Position numbers and translations under genes: made by a program | Notes under the pieces: generated by a model | Told to the model about the DNA's origin: nothing | Database searches by the model: none | What the model saw: only the letters and a program-made list of their open reading frames with translations | Assembly: GCA_964016885.1 (NCBI GenBank) | Contig: OZ024741.1 | Span: 211,854,001 to 211,918,000 of the forward strand | Reading direction: 5' to 3' | Length of the DNA: 64,000 nucleotides | Origin: Eledone cirrhosa | Lineage: Eukaryota | Shown here: positions 27,301 through 41,546 of the stretch, in pieces | Numbering within the stretch: the stretch's first letter is position 1 | How the letters are laid out: the number at the start of each line of letters is the position of its first letter

Positions 27301-30300
27301 TTGTTGTTGATGTTGTTATTGTTGTTGATGTTGTCATTGTTGTTGATGTTGTTATTGTTGTTGATGTTGTTATTGTTGGTGATGTTGTTATTGTTGATGT
27401 TGTTATTGTTGTTGATGTTGTCATTGTTGTTGATGTTGTTCTTGTTGTTGATGTTGTCATTGTTGTTGATGTTGTCATTGTTGTTGATGTTGTTATTGTT
27501 GTTGATGTTGTCATTGTTATTGATGTTGTTATTGTTGTTGATGTTGTTATTGTTGATGTTGTTATTGTTGTTGATGTTATCATTGTTGTTGATGTTGATA
27601 TCGTTGTTGATGTTGTTATTGTTGATGTTGTTATTGTTGTTGATGTTGTTATTGTTGTTGATGTTGTTATTGTTGTTGATGTTGTCATTGTTGTTGATGT
27701 TGTCATTGTTGTTGATGTTGTCATTGTTGTTGATGTTGTTATTGTTGTTGATGTTGTCATTGTTGTTGATGTTGTCATTGTTGTTGATGTTTTCATTGTT
27801 GTTGATGTTGTTATTGTTGTTGATGTTGTTATTGTTGTTGATGTTGTTATTGTTGTTGATGTTGTCATTGTTGTTGATGTTGTTATTGTTGTTGATGTTG
27901 ATATTGTTGTTGATGTTGTTATTGTTGTTGTCATTGTTGTTGATGTTGTCATTGTTGTTGGTGTTGTCATTGTTGTTGGTGTTATCATTGTTGTTGATGT
28001 TGTTATTGTTGTTGATGTTGTCATTGTTGTTGATGTTGTTATTGTTGTTGATGTTGATATTGTTGTTGGTGTTGTCATTGTTGTTGATGTTGTTATTGTT
28101 GTTGATGTTGTTATTGTTGTTGATGTTGTTATTGTTGTTGATGGTGTCATTGTTGTTGATGTTGTTATTGTTGTTGATGTTGTTATTGTTGTTGATGTTG
28201 TTATTGTTGATGTTGTTTTTGCTGTTGATGTTGTCATTGTTGTTGATGTTGTTATTGTCGTTGATGTTGTCATTGTTGTTGATGTTGTCATTGTTGTTGA
28301 TGTTGTTATTGTTGTTGATGTTGTTATTGTTGTTGATGTTGTCATTGTTGTTGATGTTGTCATTGTTGTTGATGTTGTCATTATTTTTGATGTTGTTATT
28401 GTTGTTGATGTTGTTATTGTTGTTGATGTTGTCATTGTTGTTGATGTTTTCATTCTTGTTGATGTTGTTATTGTTGTTGATGTTGTTATTGTTGTTGGTG
28501 TTGTCATTGTTGTTGATGTTGTTATTGTTGTTGATGTTGTTATTGTTGTTGATGTTGTTATTGTTGTTGATGTTGTCATTGTTGTTGATGTTGTTATTGT
28601 TGTTGATGTTGTTATTGTTGTTGATGTTGTTATTGTTGTTGATGTTGTCATTGTTGTTGATGTTGTTATTGTTGTTGATGTTGTCATTGTTGTTGATGTT
28701 GTTGGTGTTGTCATTGTTGTTGATGTTGTTATTGTTGTTGATGTTGTTATTGTTGTTGATGTTGTCATTGTTGTTGATGTTGTCATTGTTGTTGATGTTG
28801 TCATTGTTGTTGATGTTGTCATTGTTGCTGATGTTGTTATTGTTGTTGGTGTTGTCATTGTTGTTGATGATGTTATTGTTGTTGATGTTGTTATTGTTGT
28901 TGATGTTGTCATTGTTGTTGATGTTGTCATTGTTGTTGATGTTGTTATTGTTGTTGATGTTGTTATTGTTGTTGATGTTGTTATTGTTGTTGATGTTGTC
29001 ATTGTTGTTGATGTTGTTATTGTTGTTGATGTTGTTATTGTTTTTGATGTCATTGTTGTTGATGTTGTTATTATTGTTGATGTTGTTATTGTTGTTGATG
29101 TTGTTATTGTTGTTGATGTTGTTATTGTTATTCATGTTGTTATTATGGTTGATGTTGTTATTGTTGATGATGTTGTTATTGTTGTTGATGTTATTATTGT
29201 TGTTGATGTTGTCATTGTTGTTGATGTTGTCATTGTTGTTGATGTTTTCATTGTTGTTCATGTTGTTATTGTTGTTGATGTTGTTATTGTTGTTGATGTT
29301 GTCATTGTTGTTGATGTTGTTATTGTTGTTGATGTTGTTATTGTTGTTGATGTTGTTATTGTTATTGATGTTGTTATTGTTGTTGAGGTTGTCATTGTTG
29401 TTGATGTTGTTATTGCTGTTGATGTTGTTATTGTTGTTGATGTTGTTATTGTTGTTGTCATTGTTGTTGATGTTGAAATTGTTGTTGGTGTTGTCATTGT
29501 TGTTGGTGTTGTCATTGTTGTTGATGTTGTTATTGTTGTTGATGTTGTCATTGTTGTTGATGTTGTTATTGTTGTTGATGTTGTTATCGTTGTTGATGTT
29601 GTTATTGTTGTTGATGTTGTTATTGTTGTTGATGTTGTTATTGTTGATGTTGTTATTGCTGTTGATGTTGTCATTGTTGTTGATGTTGTTATTGTCGTTG
29701 ATGTTGTCATTGTTGTTGAAATTGTCATTGTTGTTGATGTTTTCATTGTTGTTGATGTTGTTATTGTTGTTGATGTTGTTATTGTTGTTGATGTTGTTAT
29801 TGTTGTTGATGTTGTTATTGTTGTTGATGTTGTCATTGTTGTTGATGTTGTTATTGGTGTTGATGTTGTTATTGTTGTTGATGTTGTCATTGTTGTTGAT
29901 GTTGTTATTGTTGTTGATGTTGTTATTGTTGTTGATTTTGTTATCGTCGTTGATGTTGTTATAGTTGTTGATGTTGTCATTGTTGTTGATGTTGTTATTG
30001 TTGTTGATGTTGTTATTGTTGTTGATGCTGTTATTGTTGTTGATGTTGTTATTGTTGTTGATGTTGTTATTGTTGTTGATGTTGTTATCGTTGTTGATGT
30101 TGTTATTGTTGTTGATGTTGTTATTGTTGTTGATGTTGTTATTGTTGATGTTGTTATTGCTGTTGATGTTGTCATTGTTGTTGATGTTGTTATAGTCGTT
30201 GATGTTGTCATTGTTGTTGATGTTGTCATTCTTGTTGATGTTGTTATTGTTGTTGATGTTGTTATAGTCGTTGATGTTGTCATTGTTGTTGATGTTGTTA

Positions 30301-30830
30301 TAGTCGTTGATGTTGTCATTGTTGTTGATGTTGTCATTCTTGTTGATGTTGTCATTGTTGTTGATGTTGTCATTCTTGTTGATGTTGTTATTGTTGTTGA
30401 TGTTGTTATTGTTGTTGATGTTGTTATTGTTGTTGATGTTGTCATCGTTGTTGATGTTGTCATTGTTGTTCATGTTGTCATTATTGTTGATGTTGTTATT
30501 GTTGTTGATGTTGTTATTGTTGTTGATGTTGTCATTGTTGTTGATGTTTTCATTGTTGTTGATGTTGTTATTGTTGTTGATGTTGTCATTGTCGTTGATG
30601 TTGTTATTGTTGTTGATGTTGTCATTGTTGTTGATGTTGTTATTGTTGTTGGTGTTGTTATTGTTGTTGATGCTGTTATTGTTGTTGATGTTGTCATCGT
30701 TGTTGATGTTGTCATTGTTGTTGATGTTGTTATTGTTGTTGATGTTGTCATTGTTGTTGATGTTGTTATTGTTGGTGATGTTGTTATTGTTGATGTTGTT
30801 CTTGTTGTTGATGTTGTCATTGTTGTTGAT
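24330..30830. repeat. Dispersed copy of about 9660-16130 (offset 14,700 bp over most of its length)
   Basis: ORF coordinates repeat at +14700 (11606/26306, 11927/26627, 14558/29258, 15265/29965, 15607/30307, 15770/30470). Marker 12573/27273; shared ATTATGGTT and GTTGAAATT variants. Boundaries approximate. Confidence 0.85.
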
Positions 30831-31152
30831 GTTGTCATCGTTGTTGATGTTGTCATTGTTGTTGATGTTGTTATTGTTGTTGATGTTGTCATTGTTGTTG
30901 ATGTTGTTATTGTTGTTGATGTTGTTATTGTTGGTGATGTTGTTATTGTTGATGTTGTTCTTGTTGTTGATGTTGTCATTGTTGTTGATGTTGTCATTGT
31001 TGTTGATGTTGTTATTGTTGTTGAGGTTGTCATTGTTGTTGATGTTGTTATTGTTGTTGATGTTGTTATTGTTGTTGATGTTGTTATTGTTGTTGTCATT
31101 GTTGTTGATGTTGTCATTGTTGTTGGTGTTGTCATTGTTGTTGGTGTTGTCA

Positions 31153-31186
<34 letters not shown>

Positions 31187-33839
31187 CATTGTTGTTGATG
31201 TTGTTATTGTTGTTGATGTTGTTATTGTTGTTGATGTTGTTATTGTTGTTGATGTTGTTATTGTTGTTGATGTTGTTATTGTTGATGTTGATATTGCTGT
31301 TGATGTTGTCATTGTTGTTGATGTTGTTATTGTCGTTGATGTTGTCATTGTTGTTGATGTTGTCATTGTTGTTGATGTTGTTATTGTTGTTGATGTTCTT
31401 ATTGTTGTTGATGTTGTTATTGTTGTTGATGTTGTTATTGTTGTTGATGTTGTCATTGTTGTTGATGTTGTTATTGGTGTTGATGTTGTTATTGTTGTTG
31501 ATGTTGTCATTGTTGTTGATGTTGTTATTGTTGTTGATGTTGTTATTGTTGTTGATTTTGTTATCGTAGTTGATGTTGTTATAGTTGTTGATGTTGTCAT
31601 TGTTGTTGATGTTGTTATCGTTGTTGATGTTGTTATTGTTGTTGATGTTGTTATTGTTGTTGATGTTGTTATTGTTGTTGATGTTGTTATTGTTGTTGAT
31701 GTTGTCATTGTTGTTGATGTTGTTATTGTTGTTGATGTTGTCATTCTTGTTGATGTTGTCATTGTTGTTGGTGTTGTCATTGTTGTTGATGTTGTTATTG
31801 TTTATGATATTGTAATTGTTGTTGATGTTGTCATTGTTGTTGATGTTGTTATTGTTGTTGATGTTGTTATTGTTGTTGATGTTGTCATTGTTGTTGATGT
31901 TGTCATTGTTGTTGATGTTGTTATTGTTGTTGATGTTGTCATTGTTGTTGATGTTGTTATTGTTGTTGATGTTGTTATTGTTGTTGATGTTGTCATTGTT
32001 GTTGATGTTGTTATTATTGTTGATGTTGTTATTGTTGTTGATGTTGTTATTGTTGTTGATGTTGTTATTGTTGTTGATGTTGTTATTGTGGTTGATGGTG
32101 TTATTGTTGATGTTGTTATTGTTGTTGATGTTGTCATTGTTGTTGATGTTGTTATCGTTGTTGATGTTGTTATTGTTGATGTTGTTATTGTTGTTGATGT
32201 TGTTATTGTTGTTGATGTTGTCATTGTTGTTGATGTTGTCATTGTTGTTGATGTTTTCATTGTTGTTGATGTTGTTATTGTTGTTGATGTTGTTATTGTT
32301 GTTGATGTTGTCATTGTTGTTGGTGTTTTCATTGTTGTCGATGTTGTTATTGTTGTTGATGTTGTTATTGTTGTTGGTTTTGTCATTGTTGTTGATGTTG
32401 TTATTGTTGTTGATGTTGTTATTGTTGTTGATGTTGTCATTGTTGTTGATGTTGTTATTTTTGTTGGTGTTGTCATTGTTGTTGATGTTGTTATTGTTGT
32501 TGATGTTGTCATTGTTGTTGATGTTGTTATTGTTGTTGATGTTGTTATTGTTGGTGATGTTGTTATTGTTGATGTTGTTATTGTTGTTGATGTTGTTATT
32601 GTTGTTGATGTTGTCATTGTTGTTGATGTTGTCATTGTTGTTGATGTTGTCATTGTTGTTGATGTTGTTATTGTTGTTGATGTTGTCATTGTTGTTGATG
32701 TTGTCATTGTTGTTGATGTTTTCATTGTTGTTGATGTTGTTATTGTTGTTGATGTTGTTATTGTTGTTGATGTTGTTATTGTTGTTGATGTTTTCATTGT
32801 TGTTGATGTTGTTATTGTTGTTGATGTTGATATTGTTGTTGATGTTGTTATTGTTGTTGTCATTGTTGTTGATGTTGTCATTGTTGTTGGTGTTGTCATT
32901 GTTGTTGGTGTTGTCATTGTTGTTGATGTTGTTATTGTTGTTGATGTTGTTATTGTTGTTGATGTTGTTATTGTTGTTGGTGTTGTCATTGTTGTTGATG
33001 TTGTTATTGTTGTTGATGTTGTTATTGTTGTTGATGTTGTTATTGTTGTTGATGTTGTTATTGTTGTTGATGTTGTCATTGTTGTTGATGTTGTTATTGT
33101 TGTTGATGTTGTTATTGTTGTTGATGTTGTTATTGTTGATGTTGTTATTGCTGTTGATGTTGTCATTGTTGTTGATGTTGTTATTGTCGTTGATGTTGTC
33201 ATTGTTGTTGATGTTGTCATTGTTGTTGATGTTGTTATTGTTGTTGATGTTGTTATTGTTGTTGATGTTGTCATTGTTGTTGATGTTGTCATTGTTGTTG
33301 ATGTTGTCATTATTGTTGATGTTGTTATTGTTGTTGATGTTGTTATTGATGTTGATGTTGTCATTGTTGTTGATGTTTTCATTCTTGTTGATGTTGTTAT
33401 TGTTGTTGATGTTGTTATTGTTGTTGGTGTTGTCATTGTTGTTGATGTTGTTATTGTTGTTGATGTTGTTATTGTTGTTGATGTTGTTATTGTTGTTGAT
33501 GTTGTCATTGTTGTTGATGTTGTTATTGTTGTTGATGTTGTTATTGTTGTTGATGTTGTTATTGCTGTTGATGTTGTCATTGTTGTTGATGTTGTTATTG
33601 TTGTTGATGTTGTCATTGTTGTTGATGTTGTTATTGTTGTTGGTGTTGTCATTGTTGTTGATGTTGTTATTGTTGTTGATGTTGTTATTGTTGTTGATGT
33701 TGTTATTGTTGTTGATGTTGTTATTGTTGTTGATGTTGTCATTGTTGTTGATGTTGTCATTGTTGTTGATGTTGTTATTGTTGTTGATGTTGTTATTGTT
33801 GTTGATGCTGTATTTGTTGTTGATGTTGTTATTGTTGTT

Positions 33840-36800
33840 GATGTTGTTATTGTTGTTGATGTTGTTATCGTTGTTGATGTTGTTATTGTTGTTGATGTTG
33901 TTATTGTTGTTGTCATTGTTGTTGATGTTGTCATTGTTGTTGGTGTTGTCATCGTTGTTGGTGTTGTCATTGTTGTTGATGTTGTTATTGTTGTTGATGT
34001 TGTCATTGTTGTTGATGTTGTCATTGTTGTTGATGTTGTCATTGTTGTTCATGTTGTCATTATTGTTGATGTTATTGTTGTTGATGTTGTTATTGTTGTT
34101 GATGTTGTCATTGTTGTTAATGTTGTTATTGTTGTTGATGTTGTTATTGTTGTTGGTGTTGTCATTGTTGTTGATGTTGTTATTGTTGTTGATGTTGTTA
34201 TTGTTGTTGATGTTGTTATTGTTGTTGATGTCATGGTTGTTGATGTTGTTATTGTTGTTGATGTTGTCATTGTTGTTGCTGTTGTTATTGTTGTTGGTGT
34301 TGTCATTGTTGTTGATGTTGTTATTGTTGTTGATGTTGTTATTGTTGTTGATGTTGTCATCGTTGTTGATGTTGTCATTGTTGTTGATGTTGTTATTGTT
34401 GTTGATGTTTTCATTGTTGTTGATGTTGTTATTGTTGTTGATGTTGTCATTGTTGTTGATGTTATTGTTGTTGATGTTGCTATTGTTGTTGATTTTTTTA
34501 TCGTCGTTGATGTTGTTATAGTTGTTGATGTTGTCATTGTTGTTGATGTTGTTATTGTCGTTGATGTTGTCATTGTTGTTGATGTTGTCATTGTTGTTGA
34601 TGTTGTTATTGTTGTTGATGTTGTTATTGTTGTTGATGTTGTCATTGTTGTTGATGTTGTCATTGTTGTTCATGTTGTCATTATTGTTGATGTTGTTATT
34701 GTTGTTGATGTTGTTATTGTTGTTGATGTTGTCATTGTTGTTGATGTTTTCATTGTTGTTGATGTTGTTATTGTTGTTGATGTTGTTATTGTTGTTGGTG
34801 TTGTCATTGTTGTTGATGTTGTTATTGTTGTTGATGTTGTTATTGTTGTTGATGTTGTTATTGTTGTTGATGTTGTTATTGTTGTTGATGTTGTTATTGT
34901 TGTTGATGTTGTCATTGTTGTTGATGTTGTTATTGTTGTTGATGTTGTCATTCTTGTTGATGTTGTCATTGTTGTTGGTGTTGTCATTGTTGTTGATGTT
35001 GTTATTGTTTATGATATTGTTATTGTTGTTGATGTTGTCATTGTTGTTGATGTTGTTATTGTTGTTGATGTTGTTATTGTTGTTGATGTTGTCATTGTTG
35101 TTGATGTTGTTATTGTTGTTGATGTTGTCATTGTTGTTGATGTTGTTATTGTTGTTGATGTTGTCATTGTTGTTGATGTTGTTATTGTTGTTGATGTTGT
35201 CATTGTTGTTGATGTTGTTATTGTTGTTGATGTTGTTATTGTTGTTAATGTTGTCATTGTTGTTGATGTTGTTATTATTGTTGATGTTGTTATTGTTGTT
35301 GATGTTGTTATTGTTGTTGATGTTGTTATTGTTGTTGATGTTGTTATTGTGGTTGATGTTGTTATTGTTGATGTTGTTATTGTTGTTGATGTTGTCATTG
35401 TTGTTGATGTTGTTATCGTTGTTGATGTTGTTATTGTTGATGTTGTTATTGTTGTTGATGTTGTTATTGTTGTTGATGTTGTCATTGTTGTTGATGTTGT
35501 CATTGTTGTTGATGTTTTCATTGTTGTTGATGTTGTTATTGTTGTTGATGTTGTTATTGTTGTTGATGTTGTCATTGTTGTTGGTGTTTTCATTGTTGTC
35601 GATGTTGTTATTGTTGTTGATGTTGTTATTGTTGTTGGTGTTGTCATTGTTGTTGATGTTGTTATTGTTGTTGATGTTGTTATTGTTGTTGATGTTGTCA
35701 TTGTTGTTGATGTTGTTATTTTTGTTGGTGTTCTCATTGTTGTTGATGTTGTTATTGTTGTTGATGTTGTCATTGTTGTTGATGTTGTTATTGTTGTTGA
35801 TGTTGTTATTGTTGGTGATGTTGTTATTGTTGATGATGTTATTGTTGTTGATGTTGTCATTGTTGTTGATGTTGTTCTTGTTGTTGATGTTGTCATTGTT
35901 GTTGATGTTGTCATTGTTGTTGATGTTGCTATTGTTGTTGATGTTGTCATTGTTATTGATGTTGTTATTGTTGTTGATGTTGTTATCGTTGTTGATGTTG
36001 TTATTGTTGTTGATGTTGTTATTGTTGTTGTCATTGTTGTTGATGTTGTCATTGTTGTTGGTGTTGTCATCGTTGTTGGTGTTGTCATTGTTGTTGATGT
36101 TGTTATTGTTGTTGATGTTGTCATTGTTGTTGATGTTGTCATTGTTGTTGATGTTGTCATTGTTGTTCATGTTGTCATTATTGTTGATGTTATTGTTGTT
36201 GATGTTGTTATTGTTGTTGATGTTGTCATTGTTGTTAATGTTGTTATTGTTGTTGATGTTGTTATTGTTGTTGGTGTTGTCATTGTTGTTGATGTTGTTA
36301 TTGTTGTTGATGTTGTTATTGTTGTTGATGTTGTTATTGTTGTTGATGTCATGGTTGTTGATGTTGTTATTGTTGTTGATGTTGTCATTGTTGTTGCTGT
36401 TGTTATTGTTGTTGGTGTTGTCATTGTTGTTGATGTTGTTATTGTTGTTGATGTTGTTATTGTTGTTGATGTTGTCATCGTTGTTGATGTTGTCATTGTT
36501 GTTGATGTTGTTATTGTTGTTGATGTTTTCATTGTTGTTGATGTTGTTATTGTTGTTGATGTTGTCATTGTTGTTGATGTTATTGTTGTTGATGTTGCTA
36601 TTGTTGTTGATTTTTTTATCGTCGTTGATGTTGTTATAGTTGTTGATGTTGTCATTGTTGTTGATGTTGTTATTGTCGTTGATGTTGTCATTGTTGTTGA
36701 TGTTGTCATTGTTGTTGATGTTGTTATTGTTGTTGATGTTGTTATTGTTGTTGATGTTGTCATTGTTGTTGATGTTGTCATTGTTGTTCATGTTGTCATT

Positions 36801-38060
36801 ATTGTTGATGTTGTTATTGTTGTTGATGTTGTTATTGTTGTTGATGTTGTCATTGTTGTTGATGTTTTCATTGTTGTTGATGTTGTTATTGTTGTTGATG
36901 TTGTTATTGTTGTTGGTGTTGTCATTGTTGTTGATGTTGTTATTGTTGTTGATGTTGTTATTGTTGTTGATGTTGTTATTGTTGTTGATGTTGTTATTGT
37001 TGTTGATGTTGTTATTGTTGTTGATGTTGTCATTGTTGTTGATGTTGTTATTGTTGTTGATGTTGTCATTCTTGTTGATGTTGTCATTGTTGTTGGTGTT
37101 GTCATTGTTGTTGATGTTGTTATTGTTTATGATATTGTTATTGTTGTTGATGTTGTCATTGTTGTTGATGTTGTTATTGTTGTTGATGTTGTTATTGTTG
37201 TTGATGTTGTCATTGTTGTTGATGTTGTTATTGTTGTTGATGTTGTCATTGTTGTTGATGTTGTTATTGTTGTTGATGTTGTCATTGTTGTTGATGTTGT
37301 TATTGTTGTTGATGTTGTCATTGTTGTTGATGTTGTTATTGTTGTTGATGTTGTTATTGTTGTTAATGTTGTCATTGTTGTTGATGTTGTTATTATTGTT
37401 GATGTTGTTATTGTTGTTGATGTTGTTATTGTTGTTGATGTTGTTATTGTGGTTGATGTTGTTATTGTTGATGTTGTTATTGTTGTTGATGTTGTCATTG
37501 TTGTTGATGTTGTTATCGTTGTTGATGTTGTTATTGTTGATGTTGTTATTGTTGTTGATGTTGTTATTGTTGTTGATGTTGTCATTGTTGTTGATGTTGT
37601 CATTGTTGTTGATGTTTTCATTGTTGTTGATGTTGTTATTGTTGTTGATGTTGTTATTGTTGTTGATGTTGTCATTGTTGTTGGTGTTTTCATTGTTGTC
37701 GATGTTGTTATTGTTGTTGATGTTGTTATTGTTGTTGGTGTTGTCATTGTTGTTGATGTTGTTATTGTTGTTGATGTTGTTATTGTTGTTGATGTTGTCA
37801 TTGTTGTTGATGTTGTTATTTTTGTTGGTGTTCTCATTGTTGTTGATGTTGTTATTGTTGTTGATGTTGTCATTGTTGTTGATGTTGTTATTGTTGTTGA
37901 TGTTGTTATTGTTGGTGATGTTGTTATTGTTGATGATGTTATTGTTGTTGATGTTGTCATTGTTGTTGATGTTGTTCTTGTTGTTGATGTTGTCATTGTT
38001 GTTGATGTTGTCATTGTTGTTGATGTTGCTATTGTTGTTGATGTTGTCATTGTTATTGAT
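33840..38060. repeat. Tandem higher-order duplication, period 2118 bp (2100 bp after loss of one monomer)
   Basis: ORF coordinates repeat at +2118 (34049/36167, 34522/36640, 34670/36788, 35009/37127); ATC marker 33867/35985; shared GTCATGGTT and GATTTTTTTATC variants. Confidence 0.9.
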
Positions 38061-41000
38061 GTTGTTATTGTTGTTGATGTTGTTATTGTTGATGTTGTTA
38101 TTGTTGTTGATGTTATCATTGTTGTTGATGTTGATATCGTTGTTGATGTTGTTATTGTTGATGTTGTTATTGTTGTTGATGTTGTTATTGTTGTTGATGT
38201 TGTTATTGTTGTTGATGTTGTCATTGTTGTTGATGTTGTCATTGTTGTTGATGTTGTCATTGTTGTTGATGTTGTTATTGTTGTTGATGTTGTCATTGTT
38301 GTTGATGTTGTCATTGTTGTTGATGTTTTCATTGTTGTTGATGTTGTTATTGTTGTTGATGTTGTTATTGTTGTTGATGTTGTTATTGTTGTTGATGTTG
38401 TCATTGTTGTTGATGTTGTTATTGTTGTTGATGTTGATATTGTTGTTGATGTTGTTGTTGTTGTTGTCATTGTTGTTGATGTTGTCATTGTTGTTGGTGT
38501 TGTCATTGTTGTTGGTGTTGTCATTGTTGTTGATGTTGTTATTGTTGTTGATGTTGTCATTGTTGTTGATGTTGTTATTGTTGTTGATGTTGATATTGTT
38601 GTTGGTGTTGTCATTGTTGTTGATGTTGTTATTGTTGTTGATGTTGTTATTGTTGTTGATGTTGTTATTGTTGTTGATGTTGTCATTGTTGTTGATGTTG
38701 TTATTGTTGATGATGTTGTTATTGTTGTTGATGTTGTTATTGTTGATGTTGTTATTGCTGTTGATGTTGTCATTGTTGTTGATGTTGTTATTGTCGTTGA
38801 TGTTGTCATTGTTGTTGATGTTGTCATTGTTGTTGATGTTGTTATTGTTGTTGATGTTGTTATTGTTGTTGATGTTGTCATTGTTGTTGATGTTGTCATT
38901 GTTGTTGATGTTGTCATTATTGTTGATGTTGTTATTGTTGTTGATGTTGTTATTGTTGTTGATGTTGTCATTGTTGTTGATGTTTTCATTCTTGTTGATG
39001 TTGTTATTGTTGTTGATGTTGTTATTGTTGTTGGTGTTGTCATTGTTGTTGATGTTGTTATTGTTGTTGATGTTGTTATTGTTGTTGATGTTGTTATTGT
39101 TGTTGATGTTGTCATTGTTGTTGATGTTGTTATTGTTGTTGATGTTGTTATTGTTGTTGATGTTGTTATTGTTGTTGATGTTGTCATTGTTGTTGATGTT
39201 GTTATTGTTGTTGATGTTGTTATTGTTGTTGATGTTGTCATTGTTGTTGATGTTGTTGGTGTTGTCATTGTTGTTGATGTTGTTATTGTTGTTGATGTTG
39301 TTATTGTTGTTGATGTTGTCATTGTTGTTGATGTTGTCATTGTTGTTGATGTTGTTATTGTTGTTGATGTTGTCATTGTTGCTGATGTTGTTATTGTTGT
39401 TGGTGTTGTCATTGTTGTTGATGATGTTATTGTTATTGATGTTGTTATTGTTGTTGATGTTGTCATTGTTGTTGATGTTGTCATTGTTGTTGATGTTGTT
39501 ATTGTTGTTGATGTTGTTATTGTTGTTGATGTTGTTATTGTTGTTGATGTTGTCATTGTTGTTGATGTTGTTATTGTTGTTGATGTTGTTATTGTTGTTG
39601 ATGTCATTGTTGTTGATGTTGTTATTATTGTTGATGTTGTTATTGTTGTTGATGTTGTTATTGTTGTTGATGTTGTTATTGTTATTCATGTTGTTATTGT
39701 GGTTGATGTTGTTATTGTTGATGATGTTGTTATTGTTGTTGATGTTATTATTGTTGTTGATGTTGTCATTGTTGTTGATGTTGTCATTGTTGTTGATGTT
39801 TTCATTGTTGTTGATGTTGTTATTGTTGTTGATGTTGTTATTGTTGTTGATGTTGTCATTGTTGTTGATGTTGTTATTGTTGTTGATGTTGTTATTGTTG
39901 TTGATGTTGTTATTGTTATTGATGTTGTTATTGTTGTTGAGGTTGTCATTGTTGTTGATGTTGTTATTGTTGTTGATGTTGTTATTGTTGTTGATGTTGT
40001 TATTGTTGTTGTCATTGTTGTTGATGTTGTCATTGTTGTTGGTGTTGTCATTGTTGTTGGTGTTGTCATTGTTGTTGATGTTGTTATTGTTGTTGATGTT
40101 GTCATTGTTGTTGATGTTGTTATTGTTGTTGATGTTGTTATCGTTGTTGATGTTGTTATTGTTGTTGATGTTGTTATTGTTGTTGATGTTGTTATTGTTG
40201 ATGTTGTTATTGCTGTTGATGTTGTCATTGTTGTTGATGTTGTTATTGTCGTTGATGTTGTCATTGTTGTTGATGTTTTCATTGTTGTTGATGTTGTTAT
40301 TGTTGTTGATGTTCTTATTGTTGTTCATGTTGTTATTGTTGTTGATGTTGTTATTGTTGTTGATGTTGTCATTGTTGTTGATGTTGTTATTGGTGTTGAT
40401 GTTGTTATTGTTGTTGATGTTGTCATTGTTGTTGATGTTGTTATTGTTGTTGATGTTGTTATTGTTGTTGATTTTGTTATCGTCGTTGATGTTGTTATAG
40501 TTGTTGATGTTGTCATTGTTGTTGATGTTGTTATTGTTGTTGATGTTGTTATTGTTGTTGATGCTGTTATTGTTGTTGATGTTGTTATTGTTGTTGATGT
40601 TGTTATTGTTGTTGATGTTGTTATCGTTGTTGATGTTGTTATTGTTGTTGATGTTGTTATTGTTGTTGATGTTGTTATTGTTGATGTTGTTATTGCTGTT
40701 GATGTTGTCATTGTTGTTGATGTTGTTATAGTCGTTGATGTTGTCATTGTTGTTGATGTTGTCATTCTTGTTGATGTTGTTATTGTTGTTGATGTTGTTA
40801 TAGTCGTTGATGTTGTCATTGTTGTTGATGTTGTTATAGTCGTTGATGTTGTCATTGTTGTTGATGTTGTCATTCTTGTTGATGTTGTCATTGTTGTTGA
40901 TGTTGTCATTCTTGTTGATGTTGTTATTGTTGTTGATGTTGTTATTGTTGTTGATGTTGTTATTGTTGTTGATGTTGTCATTGTTGTTGATGTTGTCATT

Positions 41001-41515
41001 GTTGTTCATGTTGTCATTATTGTTGATGTTGTTATTGTTGTTGATGTTGTTATTGTTGTTGATGTTGTCATTGTGGTTGATGTTTTCATTGTTGTTGATG
41101 TTGTTATTGTTGTTGATGTTGTCATTGTCGTTGATGTTGTTATTTTTGTTGATGTTGTCATTGTTGTTGATGTTGTTATTGTTGTTGGTGTTGTCATTGT
41201 TGTTGATGTTGTTATTGTTGTTGATGTTGTTATTCTGGTTGATGTTGTCATCGTTGTTGATGTTGTCATTGTTGTTGATGTTGTTATTGTTGTTGATGTT
41301 GTCATTGTTGTTGATGTTGTTATTGTTGGTGATGTTGTTATTGTTGATGTTGTTCTTGTTGTTGATGTTGTCATTGTTGTTGATGTTGTCATTGTTGTTG
41401 ATGTTGTTATTGTTGTTGATGTTGTCATTGTTGTTGATGTTGTTATTGTTGTTGATGTTGTTATTGTTGATGTTGTTATTGTTGTTGATGTTTTCATTGT
41501 TGTTGATGTTGATAT

Positions 41516-41546
<31 letters not shown>
